A DNA stretch of 64,000 bases. Source: Rubripirellula sp. Lineage in GTDB: Bacteria > Planctomycetota > Planctomycetia > Pirellulales > Pirellulaceae. Below, piece by piece: positions 45,955 to 56,300 of this stretch; position 1 is the first letter of the stretch, and the number at the start of each line of letters is the position of its first letter. A model generated the notes under the pieces. It worked only from the letters and a program-made list of their open reading frames with translations. It had not been told where the DNA came from and did no database searches. Made by a program: the position numbers and the translations under genes. The stretch lies in contig OZ244207.1 of assembly GCA_965216875.1 (NCBI GenBank), positions 6,048,001 to 6,112,000 on the forward strand. Direction: 5' to 3'.

Positions 45955-48470
45955 CGGTACTCCAGTTGGATCGTTTTGCGATCTTTGATGTCGAGCGGGA
46001 TCCACCAATGTTGACCACGCTCGGTCGCGACGAGCTCACCGGCATGCCCCACATCCTCGGATACTTTCACCGTAAGTCCCTGGGTATCGACAAACGACCA
46101 GGGGCCGGCACGCGTGATCTTGTCTCCCGTGTGGGCGAGCAAGGTGAGCGGTTTTGCGTCGTCGTTTGTAGCCTTTCGTGTGATCGTCAAAGATCGGTCG
46201 AGCCCCGAATCGGTCGCAACCACGCGATCTGCCACCTGCCAATTGCCAATTTGATACAGCAGCGTTGGCACGCCCGAGCCATCCATTCGAAGACCGCCAA
46301 ACCGATACCCTGCCCTGTTTGCATCATCGGGCCAACTCGCCAGATCGCCTTCCAGCGCCGCCAACGAAAAGCTTGGTGAAAGCTGGACCGATGCATCGAG
46401 CGGGTTCGTTGGTGTTGCGAATCGTTCGAACCAAGTGCTTTGGGCATCGAGAAACCGCCCTTTCCATGCAACGGCCAAACGCATCGATTCAGCATCAAAG
46501 GCATAGTGCACTCCGCTCGGCGATCCCACGGCAATCGCGTGCATCCCGACACCCTCCATGAAGGTGCGCAGAACGATCGGTCGTTCGCTCGGAATCAGCT
46601 CATAGTTTTTTGAACGCGCTTCGGCAATCTTCTCGGGCAGTGGCTGCGTTGGCAGCTCTTTCAAATAAGCCCACACCGAAGCGATCTGTCGGTCAACATC
46701 ACCCTCGAGAAGATCGGGAAGCGTGCTCTTTCCATCAGGAAAGAAGGTCGGCATCCGCGTTCGCTTCTTGACCGATCCTGGATCACGTAAGAACGCGGCG
46801 AACCACGATGGGTGAACTCGCTTGGTGACCTGATCGAGGTCGAGCCCCACGACACCGGGCAAGTTTTCGCCTCGAAAGGGATGACATTGCACACAACCTG
46901 TGTTCACAAGTGCACGTCCCGATTCAGCAAGCCCGGCCATCTCCCCAAACACCGCTTGCTCGCTTTCGGTCTTAGCGTGATCGGCCGAAGGAAGCGAGTT
47001 GACCAAAGGGCCGGTGACCGACTTTGGGTAGCCTGGCATTCGAGCGGTCATGTGTTTTCGGTAAGCGTCGGCGGTTGGTTGTAACGCCGCGTTCAGCGCG
47101 CTGACGGTCAATTTGCGTCCCACCCCAGTTAGCGACGGCGGCAAGCGACCTTCATCACCAAGATCGACTTGTGTCACCGTCTCGAAGAACCGCTTTCGAA
47201 ACCGGCCGACTCCGCCAAACGAGACCGATCGAGTGGTCGGAAGCTCTCGTGCATGGCATCCGTAGCAGTTCAGCTGCAGCATCCGGAAATGGACGTTTTC
47301 CCACGGCTCGGTTGGTGTCAATGCTCGTGCGGCGGGTTCTTTTATCGCAGCGATTTGACCGGCATCCAACGCGTACTTTGGCATTCCCGATTTCGGTTGG
47401 CCAAAACAGCTCGTCGGCTTGTCGAAGTCGAGCGCGGTCATCGGCGTTGCCATCTTCGGTTTGAGGCCGGGAATCGAATGGCAATTGGCGCACTTGAGTT
47501 GAACAAACAACTCCCGTCCGCGTTGCACCCGATCAGAGGGCGCGGTGGACCCGACATTGTCGTCGGAGCGGCGATCGGAATCGGGAATCAAGTAGCTCGC
47601 GATGTCAGCCGCTTCGGTCGGCAAGAGTTTTAGCGACGGCATTCGCCCACTCGGTCGCACCGCGGGTGGATCGAGCAAGAACATCGTCAGCGATCGACGC
47701 GTGTACTTTTTGTCTAACTGGCTATGAGCAACCGATTGGACAGCCCTTGCCTCGCTTGCCAATCCCATATCGGCAAGTTCATCGACATCCAACTGCTCGA
47801 TCAATTGATCAATCGGTGAAGGTTTCGTCTCAACCGTTTCGTAATCTTCATCCGGTTCATGACAGGCAACGCAACCGATGGTGTGATAGAGATGTCGACC
47901 CGAATCGGCATCGCCACGATCCCAAAACAACCGCGGCACGGGACGGCGTCCACTTCCTTTTAGCTTTTGAAACGGCTGCTGTTGCGACATCAAGAAAGCA
48001 ACCAAACTCTCGACCACGTCATCGCGTTCTGACTCGGCAACGCCGGCCAGAATATCGGGCATGGTTGTGGTTGGCTTTTCGTTTTGCGGGTGCATCAAGA
48101 ACGACCGCAACCATTCTTTTCGAAGGCGTACACCGGCGCCGGCGAGGTTCGGAGCACCCACGGGATTCAGACGCGACAACTTGGCTTGATGACAAGCCGT
48201 GCAGTTGAGACTCGAAATCAGCAGCTGTCCCGAAACGCGAGGCGAAAGCTCGTCGTGCTTTCCATAGCGGTCATAACCGCTGACCAGCGGTGGCGACGCG
48301 TTTGCAATCGCAACTGCAAACAGCGTCGTCGCAGTAGCGATCAGAAGTCGACATTGAAGGAGCAACAAAATGAATCCTGGCTTCGCGGCGTCTGATTTGT
48401 TTTTCCGAGAATACACCGAGCTCAGGTGACTGTGTGAATTCGCGAGCAACAAAATCTGATCCAGACGCAA
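45948..48470 (-). CDS. multiheme c-type cytochrome (5 CxxCH); start uncertain
   Basis: CTACH, CVACH, CANCH, CYGCH, CVQCH, with distal MP motifs. Confidence 0.88.
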   Translation of the reverse strand: MRLDQILLLANSHSHLSSVYSRKNKSDAAKPGFILLLLQCRLLIATATTLFAVAIANASPPLVSGYDRYGKHDELSPRVSGQLLISSLNCTACHQAKLSRLNPVGAPNLAGAGVRLRKEWLRSFLMHPQNEKPTTTMPDILAGVAESERDDVVESLVAFLMSQQQPFQKLKGSGRRPVPRLFWDRGDADSGRHLYHTIGCVACHEPDEDYETVETKPSPIDQLIEQLDVDELADMGLASEARAVQSVAHSQLDKKYTRRSLTMFLLDPPAVRPSGRMPSLKLLPTEAADIASYLIPDSDRRSDDNVGSTAPSDRVQRGRELFVQLKCANCHSIPGLKPKMATPMTALDFDKPTSCFGQPKSGMPKYALDAGQIAAIKEPAARALTPTEPWENVHFRMLQLNCYGCHARELPTTRSVSFGGVGRFRKRFFETVTQVDLGDEGRLPPSLTGVGRKLTVSALNAALQPTADAYRKHMTARMPGYPKSVTGPLVNSLPSADHAKTESEQAVFGEMAGLAESGRALVNTGCVQCHPFRGENLPGVVGLDLDQVTKRVHPSWFAAFLRDPGSVKKRTRMPTFFPDGKSTLPDLLEGDVDRQIASVWAYLKELPTQPLPEKIAEARSKNYELIPSERPIVLRTFMEGVGMHAIAVGSPSGVHYAFDAESMRLAVAWKGRFLDAQSTWFERFATPTNPLDASVQLSPSFSLAALEGDLASWPDDANRAGYRFGGLRMDGSGVPTLLYQIGNWQVADRVVATDSGLDRSLTITRKATNDDAKPLTLLAHTGDKITRAGPWSFVDTQGLTVKVSEDVGHAGELVATERGQHWWIPLDIKDRKTIQLEYRW

Positions 48471-48479
48471 CCGGCGGGG

Positions 48480-50126
48480 TTACCGCGTCGTTCGACGACG
48501 ATAGTAGTAATAGCCTGGAATGAAAAAACAGGCGGCTGAGACGAAGCCAAAGATAAGGTGCGCCGCCGACGGCCAAATCGCCATCAAAAGACCCGCGACC
48601 AGCAGCGACGCGGTCTGTATGTAGAAGACACCGTTGAGCATTCCTGCTTTGATCACAAAAACCATCGCGCTGATCACACCCAACATCGGCGAGAGGCTTA
48701 GCACCTTCAGATCGAGCCACCATTCAAGGGGAAACAGCAATCCGATCGCGATCATGCTGGCGCCCCAAATGTGAGCGACTTGACGTTCGACAAAAGTGAC
48801 CGGCCCCATCCGCTGACGCAACTTCCAAAACACGGCCGCCCAGGCTCCCAGTCCCACCGTCCAGACCGCTCCATAAATCCATCGCTGAGTCACTCCGAAC
48901 CACAAGTCGAGCGTCCACGTGAGGATGCCTGCGACAAGCAACACCAACGAGTGCCACATCCAAAGCACTCCCCAATTCTCAAGCACGGCCGCATGATGCG
49001 TTTCGCGAAAAACGCGGGCAACCACTTGGCTGAACCGACCACTCGAGGCGAGCACCTTTTCGTCCGAAAGGTACGCCTGCAGATCCGTCACGAGCGAATC
49101 GGCACTGTCATAACGAAGGTCGATCGGCTTTTGCATGCAGCGAACGACAATCATTTCCAAGTCGCGATCCAAGCGAGGACGCAACGCTCGCGGCGGTGTC
49201 GGGTCTTGCTCGACGACCAACATCACCAACTCCATTGGCGAATCGGCCACAAAGGGTGACCGTCCCGTCAAAGCGAAATAGAGCACGCACCCAAGGCTGT
49301 AGATGTCGCTGGCCGGACCTACCAGCGATCGCCGTCCGCCCGCTTGTTCGGGCGACATGTAGGCCGGAGTACCCAGTAACACTCCGCTGCGAGTCAAATC
49401 GGTGTTGTTGCCCGATTGTTTCGCCAAGCCAAAGTCAGTCACCAAGGCCGTTCCATCGCTGGTGACCATGATGTTGCTCGGCTTGATGTCGCGATGCACC
49501 ATTCCCTGGCTATGCGCAAAATCAATCGCCGATGCGATCGAAGCAACAATCTGGGCCGCCTGTCGTTGCGGCAACGGGCCATCAGCCGCCAATTCCGCCA
49601 GCGTCTTGCCTTCGACCAGCTGCATGCTGAAGTAGGGTCGACCATCAAAATCGCCGACGTCGTAAACGGGAACGATGTTGGGGTGTTCCAAGCGAGCCGT
49701 CGCGAGCGCTTCCGCAACGAATCGTTCCATATCGGCGTCACTCGCCAGACGCCCGCGAAGGATCATCTTCACAGCGACTTCGCGGCCGAGACTCAACTGC
49801 CGGGCTCGAAAAACAACGCCCATCCCGCCGCGACCAATTTCTTCGAGCAGTTCGTAGTCGCCAACGGTGGTCGGCAACTCCATGCGTCGCCATTTCCGCC
49901 CGGACGAGTCCGAGCTCAAGTTCAAGAGTCCCTCGTCGCGCGCCGTGCCTGCCGTGTCGGTCACCAGCACGGCGCCCCAGAGTTTGCGAAGCTCCGCAGC
50001 GAGGTCAGGATGGCTTGCGCAAACGTCGTCAAAATTGACCGGCTCGCCCCGACAAACCGCGTCGGTCAATTCAGCCAATACATCAGCCAGACGTTGATCG
50101 CGATCGGTCGAATCGTCCGCATTCAC
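48480..50126 (-). CDS. Hanks-type Ser/Thr kinase with multi-TM C-terminus
   Basis: GRGGMGVVF, HRDIKPSN, DFGLAK, GTPAYMSPEQ; about 6 C-terminal TMs. Confidence 0.93.
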   Translation of the reverse strand: MNADDSTDRDQRLADVLAELTDAVCRGEPVNFDDVCASHPDLAAELRKLWGAVLVTDTAGTARDEGLLNLSSDSSGRKWRRMELPTTVGDYELLEEIGRGGMGVVFRARQLSLGREVAVKMILRGRLASDADMERFVAEALATARLEHPNIVPVYDVGDFDGRPYFSMQLVEGKTLAELAADGPLPQRQAAQIVASIASAIDFAHSQGMVHRDIKPSNIMVTSDGTALVTDFGLAKQSGNNTDLTRSGVLLGTPAYMSPEQAGGRRSLVGPASDIYSLGCVLYFALTGRSPFVADSPMELVMLVVEQDPTPPRALRPRLDRDLEMIVVRCMQKPIDLRYDSADSLVTDLQAYLSDEKVLASSGRFSQVVARVFRETHHAAVLENWGVLWMWHSLVLLVAGILTWTLDLWFGVTQRWIYGAVWTVGLGAWAAVFWKLRQRMGPVTFVERQVAHIWGASMIAIGLLFPLEWWLDLKVLSLSPMLGVISAMVFVIKAGMLNGVFYIQTASLLVAGLLMAIWPSAAHLIFGFVSAACFFIPGYYYYRRRTTR

Positions 50127-50776
50127 GATTCGGTCTCGCCCACAGTTTCTTCGTCCTCGAACAGCTCTTTCAGCTTCCGCAGCGCACGAAGGTACCGCAT
50201 GCTCGCGGCCGGTGGATTCACACCGAGCACTTCCGCGATCTCCTGGTTCGACAGATGTTCGTAGTGCCGCATCAAGATGATCTCGCGGTCGGTGTCACCA
50301 AGTCGCTCAATCGCATCTTCGACTTTGACCGCTATCTCTCGCTGCGTCGCCGCCGCGGCAGGAGTCAAACCGGGATCGCAAAGTTGAATCGCCAACTCCA
50401 TCGTCGATGAATCGGGATTCCCCGCAACGGCCATCGGCTGTTCGCGATCCATACTGCGTTTTGCACTGACGCGATGTCGCCGATAGGTGTCGATGATTCG
50501 GTCCCAAGCGATCTGTCGCAGCCAGAGATGGAACGCCATCGCAGGATCTTCGAGGTAGCGATCGAGTCGACCGCTCGCTTCAATCATCACATCTTGCACG
50601 ACATCACTGACGTCGACACGTTGCTGCACCTTGCGATCGAGCCGCAATTCCACCAGGCGTCGGATCGGTGCTCGATGTTTTTCCAGCAGCCGATTGACAG
50701 CATCAGAATCGCCATCACGGGCAGCAACGAGCAGGGTTTCGGTTTGATCGTCTTGGGGCCAAATTGATTTTGCCAT
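50123..50776 (-). CDS. ECF sigma-70 factor, planctomycete kinase-associated type
   Basis: DVSDVVQD, FHLWLRQIA, DREIILMRHYEHLSNQEIA; GGAG RBS; GTGA overlap with the kinase. Confidence 0.92.
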   Translation of the reverse strand: MAKSIWPQDDQTETLLVAARDGDSDAVNRLLEKHRAPIRRLVELRLDRKVQQRVDVSDVVQDVMIEASGRLDRYLEDPAMAFHLWLRQIAWDRIIDTYRRHRVSAKRSMDREQPMAVAGNPDSSTMELAIQLCDPGLTPAAAATQREIAVKVEDAIERLGDTDREIILMRHYEHLSNQEIAEVLGVNPPAASMRYLRALRKLKELFEDEETVGETES

Positions 50777-50881
50777 CACAGTCTCCACACTTCATGGTAG
50801 CAGGCTGGAAATGGGAGCCGACTGCGACATCCGACCACACAGCGGGCCAAGCAACGGGAACACAAAACGAGTCGCAAGTGC

Positions 50882-51568
50882 CTACTTGAGCTTGCGAACC
50901 TTGATGTTCTTGAATCGCACGACCATCGCGGGCCCCTGGTGGAGTTGCAAGGCGATGACACCCTTTGACGACGACTTGTCCGTCTGATTGTCGATGACCT
51001 CGGCCGTCATCGCGCCGTTGATGAAGTGTTGCAAGTGGTTACCGTCGGCAACCACTCGAAAGTCATTCCATTTGCCGGCATGGATACCTGAAGCAAGCTG
51101 CTTGGAATCGGCAAACCGTTTCTTACTCGCTTCGCCATCCTCGTCGAACGTCACAGACTCACCTCGGTTGGCCATGATCCCTCGTCCAAGTCGCTCTTCG
51201 TAAAGGATTCCGGCAAACGTGTTTCCGAAATCGATGTCAGCCTGATAGCCACCGACGATGAACTTCTCTTCGTCGATTACCTTGCTTCGGTATTGGATTC
51301 CCGAGTTTCCGCTTTCGATTTTGAATTGTGCGGTCAACTCAAAATTGTCGTACTCGCCGCCTTTCCAAATCAAAAACGTGTTGTGTTTGATTTGCCCTGC
51401 TGTAGTGGTTCGCCCAACGATCGCTCCCTCTTCGACCGACCAAAGGTCCTCGCGCCCTTCCCAACCACTCAAGTCATCACCGCCACCATAAAGGACGACC
51501 ACATCGTCATCTGCTGGCAAGGCACTGGCAAGGCAAAGCAAGAGTGTGAAACAAGCTGCGAATCTCAT
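50882..51568 (-). CDS. DUF1080 (3-keto-disaccharide hydrolase-like) exported protein
   Basis: LSGWEG..WSVEEG, NSGIQYR, GYQADI, WN, GVIALQLH. Confidence 0.9.
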   Translation of the reverse strand: MRFAACFTLLLCLASALPADDDVVVLYGGGDDLSGWEGREDLWSVEEGAIVGRTTTAGQIKHNTFLIWKGGEYDNFELTAQFKIESGNSGIQYRSKVIDEEKFIVGGYQADIDFGNTFAGILYEERLGRGIMANRGESVTFDEDGEASKKRFADSKQLASGIHAGKWNDFRVVADGNHLQHFINGAMTAEVIDNQTDKSSSKGVIALQLHQGPAMVVRFKNIKVRKLK

Positions 51569-51659
51569 CGGTATCAGACTCCGGACAATCGGTGGGGAAT
51601 GTGGTTGGGAGGAGCCATCATCTTAGTTGATGCACTGACCGGCTCCAATCGCGACTCAC

Positions 51660-51950
51660 GCAGGCCGGATCAAGGAGCGACAGCGACGCGGATCCGGCGC
51701 GTACTTGTTGTGTTACTCGGTGCCGCGATCCACGTCCCGAACACATGAGCCCAGCGCGCTAGCGTCGGGCCTTTCGTGAAGACGCTACTTTCGCGGAGCG
51801 AAAGGCGACAATGCACTCGCGCCCCGTAGCTACCTTCGCCAGAAGGTGGTTTCCATCGGTTGACCGCTTGCCACGATCATCACGCTCTGGCGAGCTCACG
51901 AAAAACCACAGGCTATTTGAAGATTCCGGCTAAAGCTCGGTACTACAAAC
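51660..51950. repeat. stacked REP cluster: family A (51660-51699), B (51746-51771), CTACTTTCGCGGAGCGAAAG (51785-51804), family C GTAGCTAC pair (51826-51849, about 51880-51895), family D (51924-51946)
   Basis: comparison with other copies; internal palindromes. Confidence 0.82.
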
Positions 51951-51988
51951 GGGAGGCTCACATCGATGTCGCAAACCCGGCGTCGTTT

Positions 51989-53338
51989 CTAGACACCGAT
52001 CCCATCGGGCGTGTTCCAGTAACCGCCGCGCGAGTGATCGAACTTGAGCTTTGCGCCGCGGAAGGTTTCATCGAACCCGTCGGCCTGACTCCAAACTTGG
52101 TGCCCGCCCACCAGCGTTGCAACGGGCCAACCTTTGAGCGTTTCGCCATGCCACGGACTCCAGCGGTTCTTGGTGTGCTGTTCTTCGTCACGAATCGTCT
52201 TCGATTGATTCAAATCGACGAGCACCAAATCGGCGTCATAGCCGGCTTCGATTCGCCCTTTGCCAATGATGCCCCACACGCGTGCGGGTGCATCGCACAT
52301 CCACGAAGCAACTTGTTCGATGGTGCAGCGTCCTGCGTTCACTTGGTCAAGCATCAATGCCAAACTGTTTTCGACCGCTGGAAGCCCCGAAGGACTTTCT
52401 GGATACGGTTTTGCCTTTTCTTCGAGCGTGTGGGGCGCATGATCGGTCGCAATGACTTGGATCGTGCCATCCAACAACGCTTCGAACAGCAACTTGTTGT
52501 CGTTGGCTGTCTTGATCGACGGGTTCATTTGGATGCGACTGCCGAGTCGATCGTAGTCGTCCACATTGAAGAAGATGTGATGCAAACAAATCTCGGCGGT
52601 CACATAAGGTTTCGCCGGAGGAATGAACTCGAGCTCGGCCGCCGTGGAAACGTGCAACACGTGAAAACGGTGCTTGTGCCGGACCGCGAGTTCGGTCGCT
52701 CGCTTGGTCGCGATGATCGCCGCGTTCTCATCACGAATCCGCGAGTGATCATGAATGTCGGACGTTCCTTCCAGTCGCTTTGCGTTGGCGCGAACGGTCG
52801 TCTCGTCTTCACAGTGGGCACAGATGGGAAGCGTCGTCTCGGCGAAAATGCGTTCAAGAGCCTCTTGTTCGTCGACTAGCAAGTTACCGGTACTGCTTCC
52901 GATGAAGATCTTGATACCAGGGACATCGGTCACGTTTGCCAACTCAGCCGCATTGTCGGGCGTGGCACCGATGTAGAAACCGTAGTTGACGCGAGACTTT
53001 TCGGCGCCGAGTGCTTCCTTGGCGCGTACGCCGTCCCACGTGACCGCTGGCGGTTTCGTGTTGGGCATCTCAAGAAACGAGGTCACGCCGCCGGCCGCAC
53101 AGGCGCGCGACGCCGTCTCGAGGTCCTCTTTGTGGGTCAGGCCAGGTTCGCGAAAGTGGACTTGGTCGTCGATCACCCCCGGCAGTAAATGCAAACCTTC
53201 GGCATCGATCACATGGTCCGCGGTGACTTGATTGCCAGCGTCGACATCGATGATCTTGCCGTCTTCAATGAGGACGGATCCCGCTCGAGTGGAATCGGGA
53301 AGGACGACGTGGGCGTTTTTAATGAGCGTGCGATTCAT
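51989..53338 (-). CDS. pyrC: dihydroorotase
   Basis: [40 protein letters not shown]. Confidence 0.88.
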   Translation of the reverse strand: MNRTLIKNAHVVLPDSTRAGSVLIEDGKIIDVDAGNQVTADHVIDAEGLHLLPGVIDDQVHFREPGLTHKEDLETASRACAAGGVTSFLEMPNTKPPAVTWDGVRAKEALGAEKSRVNYGFYIGATPDNAAELANVTDVPGIKIFIGSSTGNLLVDEQEALERIFAETTLPICAHCEDETTVRANAKRLEGTSDIHDHSRIRDENAAIIATKRATELAVRHKHRFHVLHVSTAAELEFIPPAKPYVTAEICLHHIFFNVDDYDRLGSRIQMNPSIKTANDNKLLFEALLDGTIQVIATDHAPHTLEEKAKPYPESPSGLPAVENSLALMLDQVNAGRCTIEQVASWMCDAPARVWGIIGKGRIEAGYDADLVLVDLNQSKTIRDEEQHTKNRWSPWHGETLKGWPVATLVGGHQVWSQADGFDETFRGAKLKFDHSRGGYWNTPDGIGV

Positions 53339-53398
53339 AGGTGCGAGGATACCGCGCACCATTGAATTGTGGGATAGCCGGTAAATGCGGCCACTTGC

Positions 53399-56300
53399 CT
53401 ATCGACCTTGGCGGCTGATCGCCCGGCGGAACTCGTTAAAGGCGTCGCGATGAGCCGCTGGAACGGGTCGACGGTTGCCCGCATCGCGGATTCGCTGCAT
53501 TCGATCAGCCGATTCGCGTTTGTTGAGCGTCGTTTGACGCGGGTCACGCATCCCCAGACTCTTGAGCGCCTCTTCGACGTCACGTTGTTGCTCGGCGTCG
53601 CCCGTCCGTTGCATCTGCCGCACCTTTTGCCAACGGTCATAGAACCGATTCAGGTCTTGCTCGGTCCAATTCATCTTTTCCAGCAAATCGCGGTCGGGCG
53701 CATCACGGGTTTGATCCAAGTAGTCGAGGACCAAGTCGGTCGCCTGCTTGGCGTACTCGGTGTCGATAGGGTCGGGTGGCACGTCGGGATCGCCCTCTTT
53801 GGCTGTACCTTCACCGCCCGATCCGCTGCCGTTGAAGTTTTGGCTGGACGCTTGATTGTCGTCGCTTGGGTTTTGGGCTTCGGAGGGATTCGACTGCGAG
53901 TCACCAGTTGATGTTGAAGGGTCGGCCGCATTGCCTGGGTTGTTTTGCTCGCCCTCGGATTGCTCGCCTTGGGACGGGTCAGCCTGTTCGCCCTCCGTCC
54001 CCTGATTGCGCGAGTTGGATTGGTTGTTGGACTGGCCAGTGTCGCCGATGCCATTTTCGCTGCCCGCGTCATTGCCCGATTCGCGAGAGTCACCTGTGTC
54101 TTGGTTGTCGCCAGGCTGTCGATTCTTTTCGGCATCCGATTGGCCGCCAGTGCCCTGCTCTCCCTTGTTCGGGTCGCTGCTGTTTGGGTCTCTGCTCTTT
54201 GGGTCGTTGCCGGTTGGATCCTTCTTGTTCGAATCATCGCTGCCGGAGCCGTCGGGTTTTTCTGATCGTTCGCTGCTGCCACCTTCATTGCGTTGATCGC
54301 CCTTCGAACCCTCTTTGGAAGGATCGTTTGCCCCTTCCGACCCGCGTTGATCGCCTGTAGCCGAATCCTTTGGATCGTTTTGATCTCCGGTCCCTTGTTG
54401 GCCACGGTCTTCGTTCTGGCCACTCGACGCGTCAGTGTTCTGTTGCGATTGCGTTGAGTTTTGGTCTTGGTTGCCCGATCCCTTTTGGTTTCCTTGTGGG
54501 TCCGTTGAACCACCTTCGCTGCCACGCTCTTCGTTGCCACGCTCCTCGCTGCCGGCGTCGGGTTGTTGAGAATCCGTTCCGCCAGAGGGATCGTTGTTGG
54601 AACCTGGTTCTGGCTTTGAACCCGACTGACTTGAACCACCCTGATCGGTTTGTTCTTGCGAGCCACCTTCGCCAGACGGCTGTTGGTTTTGCGAACTGTC
54701 TTGACCTGTCGATGAATCGGAACCGGACTGTTGTTCTTTCTGCTTTTGCTCCAAGAACTCTTTCAGCCGCTCCATTGCTTGACCATCGTTCTCTGGAGCT
54801 CGGTCTGGATCGCCGCCGGGTTGTTGTCTTGCCGCATCACTTTGCGATTGGCCATCACCGGCACCCGATTCTGGCGCGGCATTGGGATCGCCGGTTGCGT
54901 CACCCGATGGCTGGTTGCCCGTCCCCGATTGGGCGTCGCTGCCTGACTGGGAGTCGTTGCCAGCACCTTCGTTCATTTCCGAGTCAGCACCTTCGGACTC
55001 GCTCGCTCCCTCGTTTTCCGGCGAGTTCGAACCTTCACCTTCGGAGTTGTCGCCAGTGCCGCCGGCGCCACCTGAGTTGCTTGGATCGTTTTGGTCCGAC
55101 GACTCCCCTTCACCGTCATTCGAACCGCCCGAACCTTTTGAGTCGGGCGACTCGTTTTCGCCTTCGGACGGTCCGCTGCCACCGGCATTCCCCTCGCCTT
55201 CACCTTCCGATTCCGAATCACCTGATCCCGAACCGCTACCGCCACCTTGCGTTCCTTCGTTTCCAGACTGTCCGGTTTCGCCGGAATCACCCGAATCCTT
55301 CGAGTCGTTGTTCTTTTCTTCCGACTCGCCTTCCTGGTTAGAGCCTGTTGAGGCTTCGGACTCTTCCGAACCGCCTTCTTGGTTCGCTGGATCTTGTTTC
55401 GAATTCGGATCGTTCGAATCGGGATCGCTGGCTTCGGGCGCGGTGATTCGAAGATCGATCGGATCGGCGGTGGTCACATTCGGTTTGATCCGTGGGTCGG
55501 TTTCGGAAAACCGATTGTCGATGGCAATCGCCGTGACACGAACGCGTTCGCCAACGCGAAGCCCAAGCTTTTTGGGCCGCAAACCATACTCGACCACTTG
55601 ATTCCCGCTGGCACCGACGGGGTCGGACCAAAGCACTGGTTCATCAAGCACTCGACCGCTGCGCATGATCTTCAAGCGAACGCTCTTGAGCCCGTAGTCC
55701 GCATCGAGCGCATGGATCTCGAACGATTGTTGCGCATCAAGCGGAACGTTCTGCGGCGACTTCTGAGGAACGACGACCGAGATCTCAGGGGGCAAGTCGG
55801 CGATCACGCGAATGGGATAGATGATCGGATCGGGATTGCTTTGATCGGCGTCATCCCAAACCTTGATGCGATAACTTTCCAGTCCTGCTTCGGCGGAACG
55901 TCCTTCGGGTGTTCGCAACGTGAAGGTCAACGTCAACTTCGTGCCGCTTGCATCAAGGCTCAAAGCCTGTGCACCGGCGGTCGCTGCGACTGTGTTGCCA
56001 ATCGGTTTCGGATTGAACTCAACCTTTCCCTTTGCGACAGCACGATTGGTGGTGGCGTTGATCGTGACCACCGTACCATCGACCCCGGTGATCGCGCCGC
56101 TGCTGTTGGTGTGTGGTTGTTCGCCGGTATAGGCCGGCGGTTGGTAGTGAATCGAATCAACAGCAACAACCGGAACGTCTTGCACTTGAAGGTGGAACGG
56201 CCCGGCGATCGCGTCGCCCGCTTCGATGTAATAGGGAACGCTTCCCGATACCGAATGAGCGAGAGTCAAACTTCCCTGATGACGCAGTGACGATTCTTCG

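Noticed and set aside
51660..51950. Possible CRISPR array or IS element in the repeat clusters
   Set aside because: No regularly spaced identical repeats, no cas genes and no transposase ORF; the units are dispersed REP-like palindromes.
51860..52879. 339-aa + strand ORF
   Set aside because: Antisense to pyrC and begins inside REP repeats.
53150..53180. pyrC metal motif reads DDQVH rather than DxHxH (possible pseudoenzyme)
   Set aside because: The QVHFREPG variant is, to my knowledge, common in one dihydroorotase clade; other catalytic motifs are intact.
53671..56290. Several 240-330 aa alternative-frame ORFs
   Set aside because: By-products of the low-complexity region of the 53399-57100 gene.
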